Shown: positions 1 through 9,789 of the stretch, piece after piece
How the letters are laid out: the number at the start of each line of letters is the position of its first letter
Position numbering within the stretch: the first letter of the stretch is position 1
Source: a bacterium
GTDB lineage: Bacteria; Zhuqueibacterota; Zhuqueibacteria; Oceanimicrobiales; Oceanimicrobiaceae
Length of the DNA: 48,783 nt
Reading direction: 5' to 3'
NCBI GenBank assembly: GCA_037446635.1
Contig: JBBIIG010000033.1
Location: forward strand, 1 to 48,783
The notes under the pieces: generated by a model
Database searches by the model: none
The model's input: only the letters and a program-made list of their open reading frames with translations
Told to the model about the DNA's origin: nothing
Translations under genes and position numbers: made by a program

Positions 1-435
1 CGCAATCACCCGCACATCAACGTTTTGCGCTTTGACACCACCCACGCGCATAAACTCTTTGCCTTCGAGCACGCGCAGCAACTTCACTTGCGTACCGAGT
101 GGCATCTCGCCAATTTCATCGAGGAAGATGGTGCCGGTGTCTGCCAATTCAAAATAGCCTTTCCGCGCGCCCACGGCGCCGGTGAACGCGCCTTTTTCAT
201 GGCCAAACAATTCCGACTCTAAAATCCCTTCCGGGATGGCGCCGCAGTTCACCACCACTAGCGGTTTGTCGCGCCGAAGACTTAGCTCGTGAATCGCCTG
301 CGCCACCAACTCTTTGCCGGTACCACTTTCGCCAGTAATCAACACCGAAATTTCCGTCGGCGCCACTTGCTTGATTGTCAACAGAATTTGTTTGATCGCC
401 GGCGATTGGCCAATGATTCCAAAGGATTCTTCCAT
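1..435 (-). CDS. Sigma-54-dependent transcriptional activator (AAA+ bEBP); partial, runs off the window start
   Basis: Manual translation from ATG at 435: [49 protein letters not shown]...[26 protein letters not shown]...[11 protein letters not shown]. Shows Walker A, GAFTGA and Walker B. Absent from the ORF track because it is truncated. Confidence 0.95.
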   Translation of the reverse strand, partial: MEESFGIIGQSPAIKQILLTIKQVAPTEISVLITGESGTGKELVAQAIHELSLRRDKPLVVVNCGAIPEGILESELFGHEKGAFTGAVGARKGYFELADTGTIFLDEIGEMPLGTQVKLLRVLEGKEFMRVGGVKAQNVDVRVIA

Positions 436-555
436 TCGCTATCCCTAAAATTACTCATAAACCGTAGAGAACGCTGGGCACGCAGAGTTGTTTGTTTTTG
501 ATTGTAATAATAAATTTTCAAGAGCCTCAACGCGCACGGTGAACTCTGCGGTGAA

Positions 556-1476
556 CTATTTTTGCTTTTTGAAATAATCCACGGTCATCTGCAATCCTTG
601 TTTCAAATCCACTTCCGGCTTCCAACCCAGAATTCGCTCTGCTTTTTCATACGACAAACAGCTGCGCAACTGTTCCCCGGCTTTTGCCGGGCCGTGAACT
701 TCTTCGAGCTGTGAACCCGTCGCTTGCTTCAGCATTTGGAACAACTCATTCACGTCTGTTTCCTGGCCGGTACCGATGTTGAAAACGTCGCTTTTGTCGT
801 ATGAAAGCGCCATGACATTAGCGCGCACAAGATCGCCGACGTAAACGTAATCGCGCGTCTGCTTGCCATCGCCATTGATGATCGGCTGGCTGCCGGCTAA
901 AAGCCGCTCCGTAAAAATCGCCACCACACCGGCTTCGCCGTGCGGATTCTGGCGCGGGCCGTAAACGTTGGCGTAGCGAAAAACCACGTACTGTAAATTA
1001 AAAACCTGTTGGTAATAAAAAAGATACTTTTCGCCGGTGAGCTTGGTGATGCCATAGGGTGAAATGGGCCACGTGGGGTGATTTTCATCCGCGGGGAAAT
1101 AATCCTGCTCGCCGTAAATCGCGCCGCCGGTGGACGAGAAAATAAATTTTTTGACCCCGTGCTGCACTGAGTTTTGCAGAAGATTCAACATGCCAAGGAC
1201 GTTGGTCTGCGCGTCAAAAATTGGATCGGCGACGGAACGGCGCACGTCCATTTGCGCGGCGTGATGGTTGACGACATCGAAGCGATGCTTCGCAAACAGC
1301 TCGCCGATTCTCGCATCCTGAATTTGCAATTGATAAAATTGCACTTTGGGGTTGAGGTTTTGTTTGCGGCCGGTGGAAAGATCATCAACCACAACGACTT
1401 CGTGACCGAGATCAACATAGGCATCCACAACATGCGAGCCAATGAATCCCGCGCCGCCAGTGACTAAAATTTTCAT
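556..1476 (-). CDS. NAD-dependent epimerase/dehydratase (UDP-glucose 4-epimerase-like)
   Basis: TGGAGFIG Rossmann motif, YGITK (YxxxK), RYANVYGPRQ, RDYVYVGD. Confidence 0.9.
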   Translation of the reverse strand: MKILVTGGAGFIGSHVVDAYVDLGHEVVVVDDLSTGRKQNLNPKVQFYQLQIQDARIGELFAKHRFDVVNHHAAQMDVRRSVADPIFDAQTNVLGMLNLLQNSVQHGVKKFIFSSTGGAIYGEQDYFPADENHPTWPISPYGITKLTGEKYLFYYQQVFNLQYVVFRYANVYGPRQNPHGEAGVVAIFTERLLAGSQPIINGDGKQTRDYVYVGDLVRANVMALSYDKSDVFNIGTGQETDVNELFQMLKQATGSQLEEVHGPAKAGEQLRSCLSYEKAERILGWKPEVDLKQGLQMTVDYFKKQK

Positions 1477-1540
1477 CAAAACTTCCCTTTCGAGTTAAGT
1501 GATGGCATGCTTGCCGCAGAGTTGAATTTGATTACCGTTC

Positions 1541-1614
1541 GCAATTCACAATTGGCAATTCACTATTCACAATTTAGACTAATTGTGAATGATGAACGGT
1601 GAATTGATAATTGT
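1541..1614. repeat. Inverted array of degenerate heptamers (CAATTCA-like left arm, reverse complement right arm)
   Basis: caattca caattgg caattca ctattca caatt ... aattgtg aatgatg aacggtg aattgat aattg. Confidence 0.75.
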
Positions 1615-1618
1615 CAAA

Positions 1619-2899
1619 TCATTTCCGCAGATGCGCCAACGCCTTGGCGCCAATATCTTTGCGATAATATGCTTTGTCAAATGTTATCTTTCCTACAGCC
1701 CAATAGGCTCGTTCGCGCACCTGCAAAAAATCTTCGCCGAAAGCGGTAACGCCCAGCACGCGACCGCCATCGCTGAAGATGCGGCCCTCGCGATCACTGC
1801 GCGTGCCGGCGTGAAAGACGACGATGTCATCTCCTAATTTTTTGTCGAGACCAAAAATGCGCTTACCCTTTTCATAACTTCCGGGATACCCTCCCGACGC
1901 CACCATCACACACATGGCCCATTTTTTATGAACATCAATTTTGTTTTCCAACTTTTTGCCGCGGGCGACACGCAACATGATTTCCACCAGATCGCTTTTA
2001 ACCAGCGGCAGAATCGCCTGCGTCTCCGGGTCGCCAAAGCGGCAGTTGAACTCCACCACTTTCGGCCCGTCGGCGGTGATCATCAGGCCGGCGTACAACA
2101 CCCCGCGATAGGGGCGATTTTCCAGCGCCATGGCTTTAATGGCCGGCGCGAAAATTTCTTTTTGAACCCGCGCCATCATTTTTTTGTCGATAACCGGCGC
2201 CGGCGCATACGCGCCCATGCCGCCAGTGTTGGGGCCTTCATCGTTGTCGAAAATGGCTTTGTGATCCTGCGCCGACGGCAGGAAAGCCAGATTTACGCCG
2301 TCGGTGATCGCCAAAACCGACGCCTCCTCGCCTACCATAAATTCTTCAATTATGACTTTATCGCCAGCGGGGCCAAACACCTTTTCAATCATTATTTTGT
2401 TAATCGCGACTTCAGCCTGTTCTTCGTTTTGACAAATGAACGTGCCCTTGCCGGCCGCCAGTCCGTCCGCTTTGATGACGGTGGGATACTCAACCTGGTT
2501 GAGGTAGCCGCGCGCCTCGTCAAAATTGGTGAACACAATGCAGTCAGCGGTGGGAATTCGATACTTGTCCAACAAATATTTTGTGAACGCTTTGCTGCCT
2601 TCGATCTCCGCGGCCTTTTTGCTGGGGCCGAAAACCGACAACCCCTGCGCCTCAAATTCATCGACGAGGCCGTTGACCAGCGGCTCCTCCGGACCGACGA
2701 CCGTAAGATCGATCCGGTTTTGGCGCGCGAAGTTGATCAGGCCGTCAAAGTCGGACGGTTTCAAAGCAACGCATTCGGCTATCTGGCCGATGCCGGGATT
2801 ACCCGGCGCGCAGAAAATTTTTTCCGTCAGCGGACTTTGCTGGAGTTTCCAAACCAGCGCGTGTTCTCGCCCGCCGCCGCCGATGACTAAAATTCTCAT
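1619..2899 (-). CDS. purD: Phosphoribosylamine--glycine ligase
   Basis: GGGGREHAL, APGNPG, VVGPE, KADGLAAGKG, GPNTGGMGAY, EFNCRFGDPETQ. Confidence 0.98.
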   Translation of the reverse strand: MRILVIGGGGREHALVWKLQQSPLTEKIFCAPGNPGIGQIAECVALKPSDFDGLINFARQNRIDLTVVGPEEPLVNGLVDEFEAQGLSVFGPSKKAAEIEGSKAFTKYLLDKYRIPTADCIVFTNFDEARGYLNQVEYPTVIKADGLAAGKGTFICQNEEQAEVAINKIMIEKVFGPAGDKVIIEEFMVGEEASVLAITDGVNLAFLPSAQDHKAIFDNDEGPNTGGMGAYAPAPVIDKKMMARVQKEIFAPAIKAMALENRPYRGVLYAGLMITADGPKVVEFNCRFGDPETQAILPLVKSDLVEIMLRVARGKKLENKIDVHKKWAMCVMVASGGYPGSYEKGKRIFGLDKKLGDDIVVFHAGTRSDREGRIFSDGGRVLGVTAFGEDFLQVRERAYWAVGKITFDKAYYRKDIGAKALAHLRK

Positions 2900-2937
2900 C
2901 GCATCTGTACCTTGCGTTCCTTTGCCTTTGTTGGTCG

Positions 2938-3306
2938 CTAAAGTTTACCCACGGTTCGCAGCGCAATTAATCCCAATAACAACGCCACCAACATACTAAG
3001 CATGGTGCCGGCGAGAAAATATTCAGCAAAGGCGCGCTCCTTTTGCACGCGTTCATAACGAGCAATGGATTTCATCGTCACCACAAATCCCACCGCCGCA
3101 TACGATTCCAGCCCTACAAGCAAAATGGTTAAGATGCGTTCGAGCGTGCCAATAAAGGCCCCCATTTTATCGGAAGACGCGGTGGCCTCGGGCCGCCACT
3201 TTTTAATCATTTTACGAATCAGCCAATTCGTAGGCCAATGCGCCAGCAAACATGCCAGAAAATAAACGCCGATTTTGATGACCAACTTGAGATCGCATTG
3301 CGGCAT
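2938..3306 (-). CDS. Small membrane protein resembling the C-terminal part of the DUF3307-type partners of SatD
   Basis: Hydrophobic helices; GAFIGTLERIL, KSIARY, AEYFLAGTMLS motifs; GGAGG RBS at 3311-3315. Confidence 0.75.
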   Translation of the reverse strand: MPQCDLKLVIKIGVYFLACLLAHWPTNWLIRKMIKKWRPEATASSDKMGAFIGTLERILTILLVGLESYAAVGFVVTMKSIARYERVQKERAFAEYFLAGTMLSMLVALLLGLIALRTVGKL

Positions 3307-3325
3307 TTTGCCTCCAAATCATTCG

Positions 3326-3430
3326 TTATCAAAATTTTGATAACCAAAATCAGATTATCAACTTTTTGATAACTCAATCTAACTTATCATAATTTTGATA
3401 ACTACATTTAGCTTATCATTATTTTGATAA
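3326..3430. repeat. Four 18-bp palindromic repeats TTATCAnnnTTTTGATAA with an exact 29-bp period (putative operator array)
   Basis: Copies at 3326-3343, 3355-3372, 3384-3401 and 3413-3430; 11-bp spacers ccaaaatcaga, ctcaatctaac, ctacatttagc. Confidence 0.97.
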
Positions 3431-4108
3431 GTCTCCCAGCGCCAGAAAGTTATCTCTGAAAAGCGACCGCAGCGTTGCGGCCAAGTTTTCAAACTCACGA
3501 AAATGTGTTACCTCAACAGTACGGCTGACATTGGAAAGAGGAAGGCCTAACTTTTCCGCGGTTTCCGAAATGCTTTTTCCGGACTCCAGTAAATTCAAAA
3601 CCTCCGTCTGTTTCTGCGTCCAGCGGCTTTTGATGACGGCCAGAGAAAGAAACAACGCATTGATCAGATCATCGCGCAGCGCAGCATCTGTAGAAACGCG
3701 CACCTCCCGCAAAATGGATTTTCCGTAAGCCTTTCGTTCTGCTTTTGCGTCTTCCAAGGCCTGGCGCGCGCGATAAAATGCGGGGCCATCGGCGCCGACC
3801 GCATATACCCCCAGCGAGGTGCTGAGGCCGCCGTAGCCCACCCCAAACACAATTTCCGTCGGCGTTAACCCGATCTGAATTAGGCGGAGGATCTCGTAGC
3901 AGAAATTTGGTTGTTTCAAAATCCCTTGCGCTTCATCGCCAGCGGTGATCAAAAACAGGGAAGCAATTTCGGTTTTGAAATCCTGGTTGACTTTTTTTAA
4001 AACGGCCTCGAACCGCTTTTGAACCGCAGCCCGCTCCCCTGCCGGCAGCGCGCGCGACCCCACAAGGTCGCCGATGATGGTCACGTAATTTCGTTGCGCT
4101 TTCGGCAT
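3419..4108 (-). CDS. SatD-family protein (cyclase/palm-like N-terminal domain plus C-terminal HTH)
   Basis: IIGDLVGSR, ITAGDEAQG, FGVGYG, DGPAFYRAR, WTQKQ...SISETAEKLGLPLSNVSR. The ATG overlaps the uvrB stop (TAATG). Confidence 0.85.
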   Translation of the reverse strand: MPKAQRNYVTIIGDLVGSRALPAGERAAVQKRFEAVLKKVNQDFKTEIASLFLITAGDEAQGILKQPNFCYEILRLIQIGLTPTEIVFGVGYGGLSTSLGVYAVGADGPAFYRARQALEDAKAERKAYGKSILREVRVSTDAALRDDLINALFLSLAVIKSRWTQKQTEVLNLLESGKSISETAEKLGLPLSNVSRTVEVTHFREFENLAATLRSLFRDNFLALGDLSK

Positions 4109-6123
4109 TAACTCCACGCGAATTTCTTTTTGCCGGTGAGGCGATCGATTTCATCGCGAATTTCAGCGGCGCGTTCAAATTCCAATTTGCGGGCGGCGTC
4201 GAGCATCTCTTTTTCGAGACGGTCCAAAATTTCTTCTTTTTCCAGCGGGGAAAGTTTCTTCCAGTTGCGGGTGTCGATCGCCGCGGGCGCCCCCTTGCCA
4301 TACTTCGGGGCTTTGGCATCGGCGACGCGGGTGGCGCTCATCACCTGCTCGTAGGATTTGTAGATGGATTTTGGGGTGATGCCGTGCGCCGCGTTGTATT
4401 CCGCCTGCAGCCGTCGGCGGCGATTGGTTTCGTCGATGGTGCGCTGCATCGAGTCGGTGATGTGATCCGCATAAAAAATAACTTTGCCGGCAATGTTGCG
4501 CGCCGCGCGCCCGGCGATCTGCATCAGCGAGCGTTCGGAGCGCAAGAAGCCCTCTTTATCGGCGTCGAGCACTGCGACCAGCGATACCTCCGGCAGGTCC
4601 AGTCCTTCCCGCAATAAATTCACTCCCACCAGCACGTCGAATTCCGCGAGGCGCAAATCGCGCAAAATTTCCACGCGGTTGAGGGCGTCGATTTCCGAGT
4701 GCAGATAGCGCACGCGGATCTCCATGCCGGCGAGATAGTCAGTCAGATCTTCGGCCATGCGTTTGGTGAGCGTGGTGACCAGCACGCGCTCTCCGCGTTT
4801 CACGCACTCGCGGACCTCGGCAATCAAATCATCAATTTGATGTTTGATGGGTTTTACCACGATTTGTGGGTCCATCAAGCCGGTTGGGCGAATGATCTGC
4901 TCGACCACGACGCCTTTGCTTTTTTGCAACTCGAAGTCGGCCGGCGTCGCCGAGACGTAAATCATCTGGTTCATCATCCCTTCAAATTCGGCGAAGGTCA
5001 GCGGACGGTTGTCCAGCGCCGAGGGCAGCCGGAAACCGTGCTCCACCAGCGTCTCTTTGCGGGCGCGGTCACCGTGATACATGCCGTTGATCTGCGGAAT
5101 GGTGGCGTGCGATTCATCGATGATGGTCAAAAAATCTTTCGGAAAATAATCAATCAAAGTGTAGGGCCGCTGGCCTGGGGCGCGCCCGGAAAGGTGGCGC
5201 GAGTAATTTTCGATGCCCGTGCAGTATCCCAATTCTTGCAGCATTTCGAGATCATACTTGGTGCGCATTTCTAAACGCTGCGCTTCCAACAACTTGTTTT
5301 GCGAACGAAACCACGCCAACCGCTCTTCCAACTCCTCGCGAATGGCAATGATGGCGCGTTCCACTTTGTGATAGGGCGTCACATAATGCTTGGCGGGATA
5401 AATGGCCGCCGTCTCCTGCGACGACAAGATTTCGCCGGTCACGGTGTTGACGAGACTGATCTGCTCGATCTCATCGCCGAACATTTCGATGCGCAGCGCC
5501 TCCTGCTCGTACGCCGGGAAAATTTCGACGACATCGCCGCGCACGCGGAAGGTGCCGCGCTTGAACTCGAAATCGTTGCGGGTGTAGTAGCTATCCACGA
5601 GTTGGGATAAAATGCGATCGCGCGCGATGACCTGGCCGCGTTTCAAAATCAGCAGCTCGTGTTTATAATCTTCCGGATCGCCCAAACCGTAAATGCATGA
5701 CACCGAGGCCACGATGATCACGTCGTCGCGGGACAGCAGCGAACTGGTAGCTTTCAACCGCAGGCGGTCGATTTCGTCGTTGATGGAAGTGTCTTTCTCG
5801 ATGTAGGTGTCGGAGCTGGGGACGTAGGCCTCGGGCTGATAGTAATCGTAATAACTGATAAAATATTCAACGGCGTTTTTGGGAAAAAAACTTTTGAACT
5901 CGCCATAGAGCTGCGCCGCCAGCGTCTTATTGTGAGAAATCACCAGTGTGGGTTTGCCCACATTGGCGATGACGTTGGCCATGGTGAAGGTTTTGCCGCT
6001 GCCGGTGACGCCCAGCAACACTTGATGCTTTTGGCCACTCAAAAGCCCATTGGTGAGCTCCGCAATCGCCCGCGGCTGATCGCCCGTAGGCTTGAAATCT
6101 GAAACCAATTGGAAATGCGCCAT
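4108..6123 (-). CDS. uvrB: Excinuclease ABC subunit B
   Basis: [41 protein letters not shown]-terminal UVR domain ([11 protein letters not shown]). Confidence 0.99.
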   Translation of the reverse strand: MAHFQLVSDFKPTGDQPRAIAELTNGLLSGQKHQVLLGVTGSGKTFTMANVIANVGKPTLVISHNKTLAAQLYGEFKSFFPKNAVEYFISYYDYYQPEAYVPSSDTYIEKDTSINDEIDRLRLKATSSLLSRDDVIIVASVSCIYGLGDPEDYKHELLILKRGQVIARDRILSQLVDSYYTRNDFEFKRGTFRVRGDVVEIFPAYEQEALRIEMFGDEIEQISLVNTVTGEILSSQETAAIYPAKHYVTPYHKVERAIIAIREELEERLAWFRSQNKLLEAQRLEMRTKYDLEMLQELGYCTGIENYSRHLSGRAPGQRPYTLIDYFPKDFLTIIDESHATIPQINGMYHGDRARKETLVEHGFRLPSALDNRPLTFAEFEGMMNQMIYVSATPADFELQKSKGVVVEQIIRPTGLMDPQIVVKPIKHQIDDLIAEVRECVKRGERVLVTTLTKRMAEDLTDYLAGMEIRVRYLHSEIDALNRVEILRDLRLAEFDVLVGVNLLREGLDLPEVSLVAVLDADKEGFLRSERSLMQIAGRAARNIAGKVIFYADHITDSMQRTIDETNRRRRLQAEYNAAHGITPKSIYKSYEQVMSATRVADAKAPKYGKGAPAAIDTRNWKKLSPLEKEEILDRLEKEMLDAARKLEFERAAEIRDEIDRLTGKKKFAWS

Positions 6124-6153
6124 TTTCTCTTTAGTCCATTAAATTCGCAGCGA

Positions 6154-6182
6154 AATATACGGAGCGTGCGCCAGAATGTCAA
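6154..6182 (-). promoter_or_regulatory. Sigma-70 promoter of uvrB
   Basis: TTGACA-17 bp-TATATT on the minus strand. Confidence 0.75.
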
Positions 6183-6382
6183 GTGGCTTACCGCCTAGCC
6201 CCGAATTTTTATCTATTTGTACAACTGATAAATGATGAATGTAATGGAGTTCAGGAGTGCAATTGCTGAAGTGATGGAGTTTTGGAGTAATGCCTCAATG
6301 GATACTATTCACCATTCACTTTTGAGCTTCCCATTGCACGTCTGCCGTCTGCCATTTGCCGTTTAACGTTCTCAAAAAGCCC

Positions 6383-6411
6383 TTGCATCTTAAGTGAATA
6401 AAAATTATATT
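6383..6411 (+). promoter_or_regulatory. Sigma-70 promoter of the PPIase gene
   Basis: TTGCAT-17 bp-TATATT. Confidence 0.6.
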
Positions 6412-6453
6412 GCCAGCGCTTAAAAACAAAATCTTGAGGAGATACAAAAAGTT

Positions 6454-8265
6454 ATGGCTGTCATGCAAAGCATGCGCGAGTTCACCAAGACCGGGCTCAT
6501 CATCCTGGTGTTGGCGTTCATTGGCACAATTGTTTTTGACTGGGGGATGGACATCACCGGCCTGAGCCGCAAACAAGGCGTCATCGGTGAAGTGAACGGG
6601 CGCGAGATCACCGCCATCCAGTACGATCGTTACTTCGCCGCGGAGCTGGAGGCCTACCGCAACCGCACCGGCGTGGAAGAAGTTTCGGAAAGCCAGATTC
6701 AGAATATTCGCAATCAAGTTTGGGAAAACCTGGTACGGGAAGCCCTCGTGCAGCAGGCCATCGAGAAAAAAGGCATCAAAGCGTTGGACGCGGAAATCGC
6801 CTACCGCATTTTCGACGACCCGCCAGATTTTTTGAAAAATCAGGAAGCCTTTCTGAATGAGAACAAACAATTCGATATGGCGCGCTATCAGTCCGCTCTT
6901 AATGACGCCAATCTTTCCCAGCAGTGGCGCTCGATTGAAGACTATTTACGCAACACCATCCCCGGGGAAAAACTGGTGCAGCGATTGCAAAGTACGGTGC
7001 GCGTCACCGAGGAAGAAATTAGATGGGAATATTTGAAGCAAAACCAGAACGCCGAAGTCAAATACATTTTCTCCGATCCTAACGCTTACCGCGATCAAAA
7101 TATCGAGATCGACGACGGCATGATCAAAAGCTATTACGAGCAGCACAAAGACGAATTCAAAGAAGAAGAGAAACGTAAAATCCAGTACGTCATTTTTAAG
7201 ACCACCGCCACCGCAGAAGACAGCGCCGCCCAATTGGAATGGGCGAACCAATTGATCGCACAGCTCAAGGCGGGTGAAGATTTTGCCGAGCTGGTGGAGT
7301 TGTATTCCGACGATCCCGGCACCAAAGACAAAGGCGGCGATCTCGGTTATTTTGGCAAGGGCGCGATGGTGAGCGAATTCGAAACCGCGGCCTTCTCTGC
7401 TAAGGTGGGCGACATCGTCGGGCCGGTGAAATCGCGTTTTGGTTTGCATATAATAAAAGTTGAAGACAAGCGCGTGCAGGACGGCAAAGAAGAAGTGAAA
7501 GCGCGGCACATTTTGCTAAAATTCGAGCCTTCCGAAAAAACCAAAAACAACGCCCGCGACGACGCCAGTTACTTAGCCGCCGAAGCGCAAAAACGGCCGT
7601 TTGTGGAAGTCGCCAAAGAGTTGCAGGTTAAAATTGATACTACCGCCTTTTTTGCAAAGGGCACGGGGTTCATCCCAGGGGTCGGCTTGAATGTCAGCGC
7701 CAGCAATTTCATCTTCGCCAACTCGAAGGGCAAAACCGGCGACGTGGAGGAGCTTCCGCAGGGATTTCTGGTTTTCAACATCGTGGATATTCAGCCGGAG
7801 CGCATCAAACCGCTCGCCGACGCCATCCCAACCATCAAAGACAAGTTGATCGTGCAGAAACGCAAAGAGCTGGCGGGAGAAGCGGCGCAAAAAGTTTACG
7901 ACCAAATTCAGAGCGGCGCTTCTTTTGATGAAGCCGCCGCCGAAGCGGGACTGGAGGTGAAAACCAGCGGCTCGTTCAACCGCAACGGCTTCGTGGCCGG
8001 CGTGGGGCGCGACCTGCAATTCATTGGCGCAGCCTTCGGCTTGAAACAAGTCAACGACGTTTCAAAACCGGTTTCGGGAACCCGCGGCTACTATCTGCTG
8101 CAATTGATTTCGAAAACCGAATTCGACGCCAACGATTTTGCCGCCAAACGGCAAAGCATCAAACAACAACTGCTGTTCGACAAGCAAAACCGCGTGTTTA
8201 ATGAGTGGTATAAAACTCTCAAAGCAAGCGCCGAGATCAAAGATTATCGCGATCAGTACTTCTAA
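6454..8265 (+). CDS. Periplasmic folding chaperone/peptidylprolyl isomerase (PpiD/SurA-like, parvulin domain)
   Basis: N-terminal TM anchor, SurA-N region, parvulin motif GEDFAELVELYSDDPGTKDKGGDLGYF...GPVKSRFGLHII; AGGAG RBS. Confidence 0.9.
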   Translation: MAVMQSMREFTKTGLIILVLAFIGTIVFDWGMDITGLSRKQGVIGEVNGREITAIQYDRYFAAELEAYRNRTGVEEVSESQIQNIRNQVWENLVREALVQQAIEKKGIKALDAEIAYRIFDDPPDFLKNQEAFLNENKQFDMARYQSALNDANLSQQWRSIEDYLRNTIPGEKLVQRLQSTVRVTEEEIRWEYLKQNQNAEVKYIFSDPNAYRDQNIEIDDGMIKSYYEQHKDEFKEEEKRKIQYVIFKTTATAEDSAAQLEWANQLIAQLKAGEDFAELVELYSDDPGTKDKGGDLGYFGKGAMVSEFETAAFSAKVGDIVGPVKSRFGLHIIKVEDKRVQDGKEEVKARHILLKFEPSEKTKNNARDDASYLAAEAQKRPFVEVAKELQVKIDTTAFFAKGTGFIPGVGLNVSASNFIFANSKGKTGDVEELPQGFLVFNIVDIQPERIKPLADAIPTIKDKLIVQKRKELAGEAAQKVYDQIQSGASFDEAAAEAGLEVKTSGSFNRNGFVAGVGRDLQFIGAAFGLKQVNDVSKPVSGTRGYYLLQLISKTEFDANDFAAKRQSIKQQLLFDKQNRVFNEWYKTLKASAEIKDYRDQYF

Positions 8266-8286
8266 AATTTCATCCGCCGGTCAAAG

Positions 8287-8329
8287 AACGAAAAAAGCCT
8301 CTCATCAAATCAGAGAGGCTTTTTTCGTT
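8287..8329. terminator. Bidirectional intrinsic terminator
   Basis: aacgaaaaaagcctctc-atcaaatca-gagaggcttttttcgtt. Confidence 0.85.
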
Positions 8330-8496
8330 GGCTAATTTTATTCCGCTCAATCCAATCAGTAACTCACAACAAAATCCAGCACCCATTTGTCATGCGGGAA
8401 CCAGCCTCCGCCTGTCCAACTTTAGTTGCGATTCACCAACAGCCTGCCAGGACTAATGCCAAATATTACAACTCCCAACTAACCAAAAGTGTACAT

Positions 8497-8766
8497 TTAA
8501 TAATCTTCCACGAAGCTGTTCTGCGGCGCGGAGGCAAAATCGAATTGCAGCACGAACGGAAGCGAAGTGTTAAACTTGCGCAGTGGGAGATTTAACCCGA
8601 ACCCGAAGGTGGCGCCGGTTTCTAAGGTTTTGCCGAGGAGCGTTGCTCGCGTTTTGGGATGGCGCTCTTGATAGCCAACCGAAACACTACGAATTCCGCG
8701 CACCGCGCTGCGGTATGCTATCGAGAAATTTTCAGAACAAAAAAGACCGGATTTTGAAGCAGACAA
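8497..8766 (-). pseudogene. Possible decayed outer-membrane beta-barrel fragment
   Basis: TTG start behind GGAGG; amphipathic strands TFGFGLNL and LQFDFAS; further strand-like fragments in other frames downstream. Confidence 0.25.
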
Positions 8767-8799
8767 AAGCGCCCTCCTAATATTTTCATCAAACCGGTG

Positions 8800-9789
8800 T
8801 TAGCGCACCAGAGTCATCCGTTTTACGCTGACAAAATCACCCGCTTCGATCTTGTAGAAATAAATGCCGTTGGGAAGCGCGCCGGCGTCAAAAACCACCC
8901 GGTGGCGACCGGCGGAATAGAGATCGCCGTTCAAAATCGTCGCCACGTGCTGACCCAGCAAATTATAGACGCGCAAAAAAACCGGCGAGCCTTGCGGCAA
9001 ACTGAAAGCAATTTGAGTCGATGGATTAAACGGGTTGGGATAGTTTTGCGCCAGCTCAAAATGTTGCGGAGATTTTGGAGAATCAGTCACATCCGTGACC
9101 AGGGAAATCACCTCCACCAGATCGAGAAAAAGGGCGTCGCCCAGAACAGCGGTATTGGAGACGTGTTCACGAAAGGCGATAAAAATGTTGGAACCGGCCT
9201 CCACAAAATCGGTCAGCGCGAAAGCGTACTTTTGCCACTGGTTGTTGCCGGGACCGCGAAACTGCAGAGCCGCCACCAGGGTGTCGAAATCTGCGATGCT
9301 GTCTCCAACAGTGGAAATCAGCACGTCGAGATTGTCGCCGAAGCGGCTAAAATAGCGCAGCGCGAATTTCAAAGAATCGCCTGGCTGCACGTTTTGGATT
9401 GGCGGGGTGATGAGCCACTGGTCGGTGGCCTGCCCGGTGTTGAAGTGGCCGTCGGCGTCGCCGCTAGCCCAACTGGCAAAGGCGACAAAACTTCCCCCCG
9501 CTGGCAGCGCATCAAACGTGTCATTCACACTGAAACCGGGGACCTGTTCCCCTGTCTGTCCGCGCTGCCAGCCCGAGCCGTCAAAGTTGGTGATTTTCTT
9601 CCAGCCCGCCGGCGGGAATTCGCCGGTCTCGAAGGATTCCAACGTCAGCACGCCGGCGGCGCCCGAAAGCGGCGACGACTGATTTCCGCTTGCGGTCAAC
9701 GGGCGCAATAAATTTTCCCGCTGCTGACTGTAGGCTTGAGTATTTAGCGCCATCAAAACAGGGATCATCACAATAACAATCTTCTTCAT
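8800..9789 (-). CDS. Secreted protein with a choice-of-anchor J/cleaved-adhesin-like domain and a C-terminal secretion-sorting (T9SS type A/FlgD-like) domain
   Basis: Signal peptide; ESFETGEFPPAGW, DQWLITP, FIAFR; FELAQNYPNPFNPSTQIAFSLP...GIYFYKI...KRMTLVR. Confidence 0.85.
   Translation of the reverse strand: MKKIVIVMIPVLMALNTQAYSQQRENLLRPLTASGNQSSPLSGAAGVLTLESFETGEFPPAGWKKITNFDGSGWQRGQTGEQVPGFSVNDTFDALPAGGSFVAFASWASGDADGHFNTGQATDQWLITPPIQNVQPGDSLKFALRYFSRFGDNLDVLISTVGDSIADFDTLVAALQFRGPGNNQWQKYAFALTDFVEAGSNIFIAFREHVSNTAVLGDALFLDLVEVISLVTDVTDSPKSPQHFELAQNYPNPFNPSTQIAFSLPQGSPVFLRVYNLLGQHVATILNGDLYSAGRHRVVFDAGALPNGIYFYKIEAGDFVSVKRMTLVR

Noticed and set aside
25..501. Plus-strand ORFs 25-222 and 289-501
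   Set aside because: Antisense shadows of the sigma-54 activator on the minus strand.
1928..2890. Long antisense ORFs (e.g. 1928-2890, 8797-9711, 16520-17641, 39915-40898)
   Set aside because: They mirror well-supported genes on the opposite strand, have no motifs, and are typical of GC-rich codon usage.
3326..3430. CRISPR array interpretation of the periodic repeats
   Set aside because: 18-bp repeats and 11-bp spacers are far too short, and there are no cas genes in the window. Kept as an operator/RNA array instead.
6124..6200. LexA/SOS box upstream of uvrB
   Set aside because: No dyad matching LexA boxes I know; only a sigma-70 promoter is visible.
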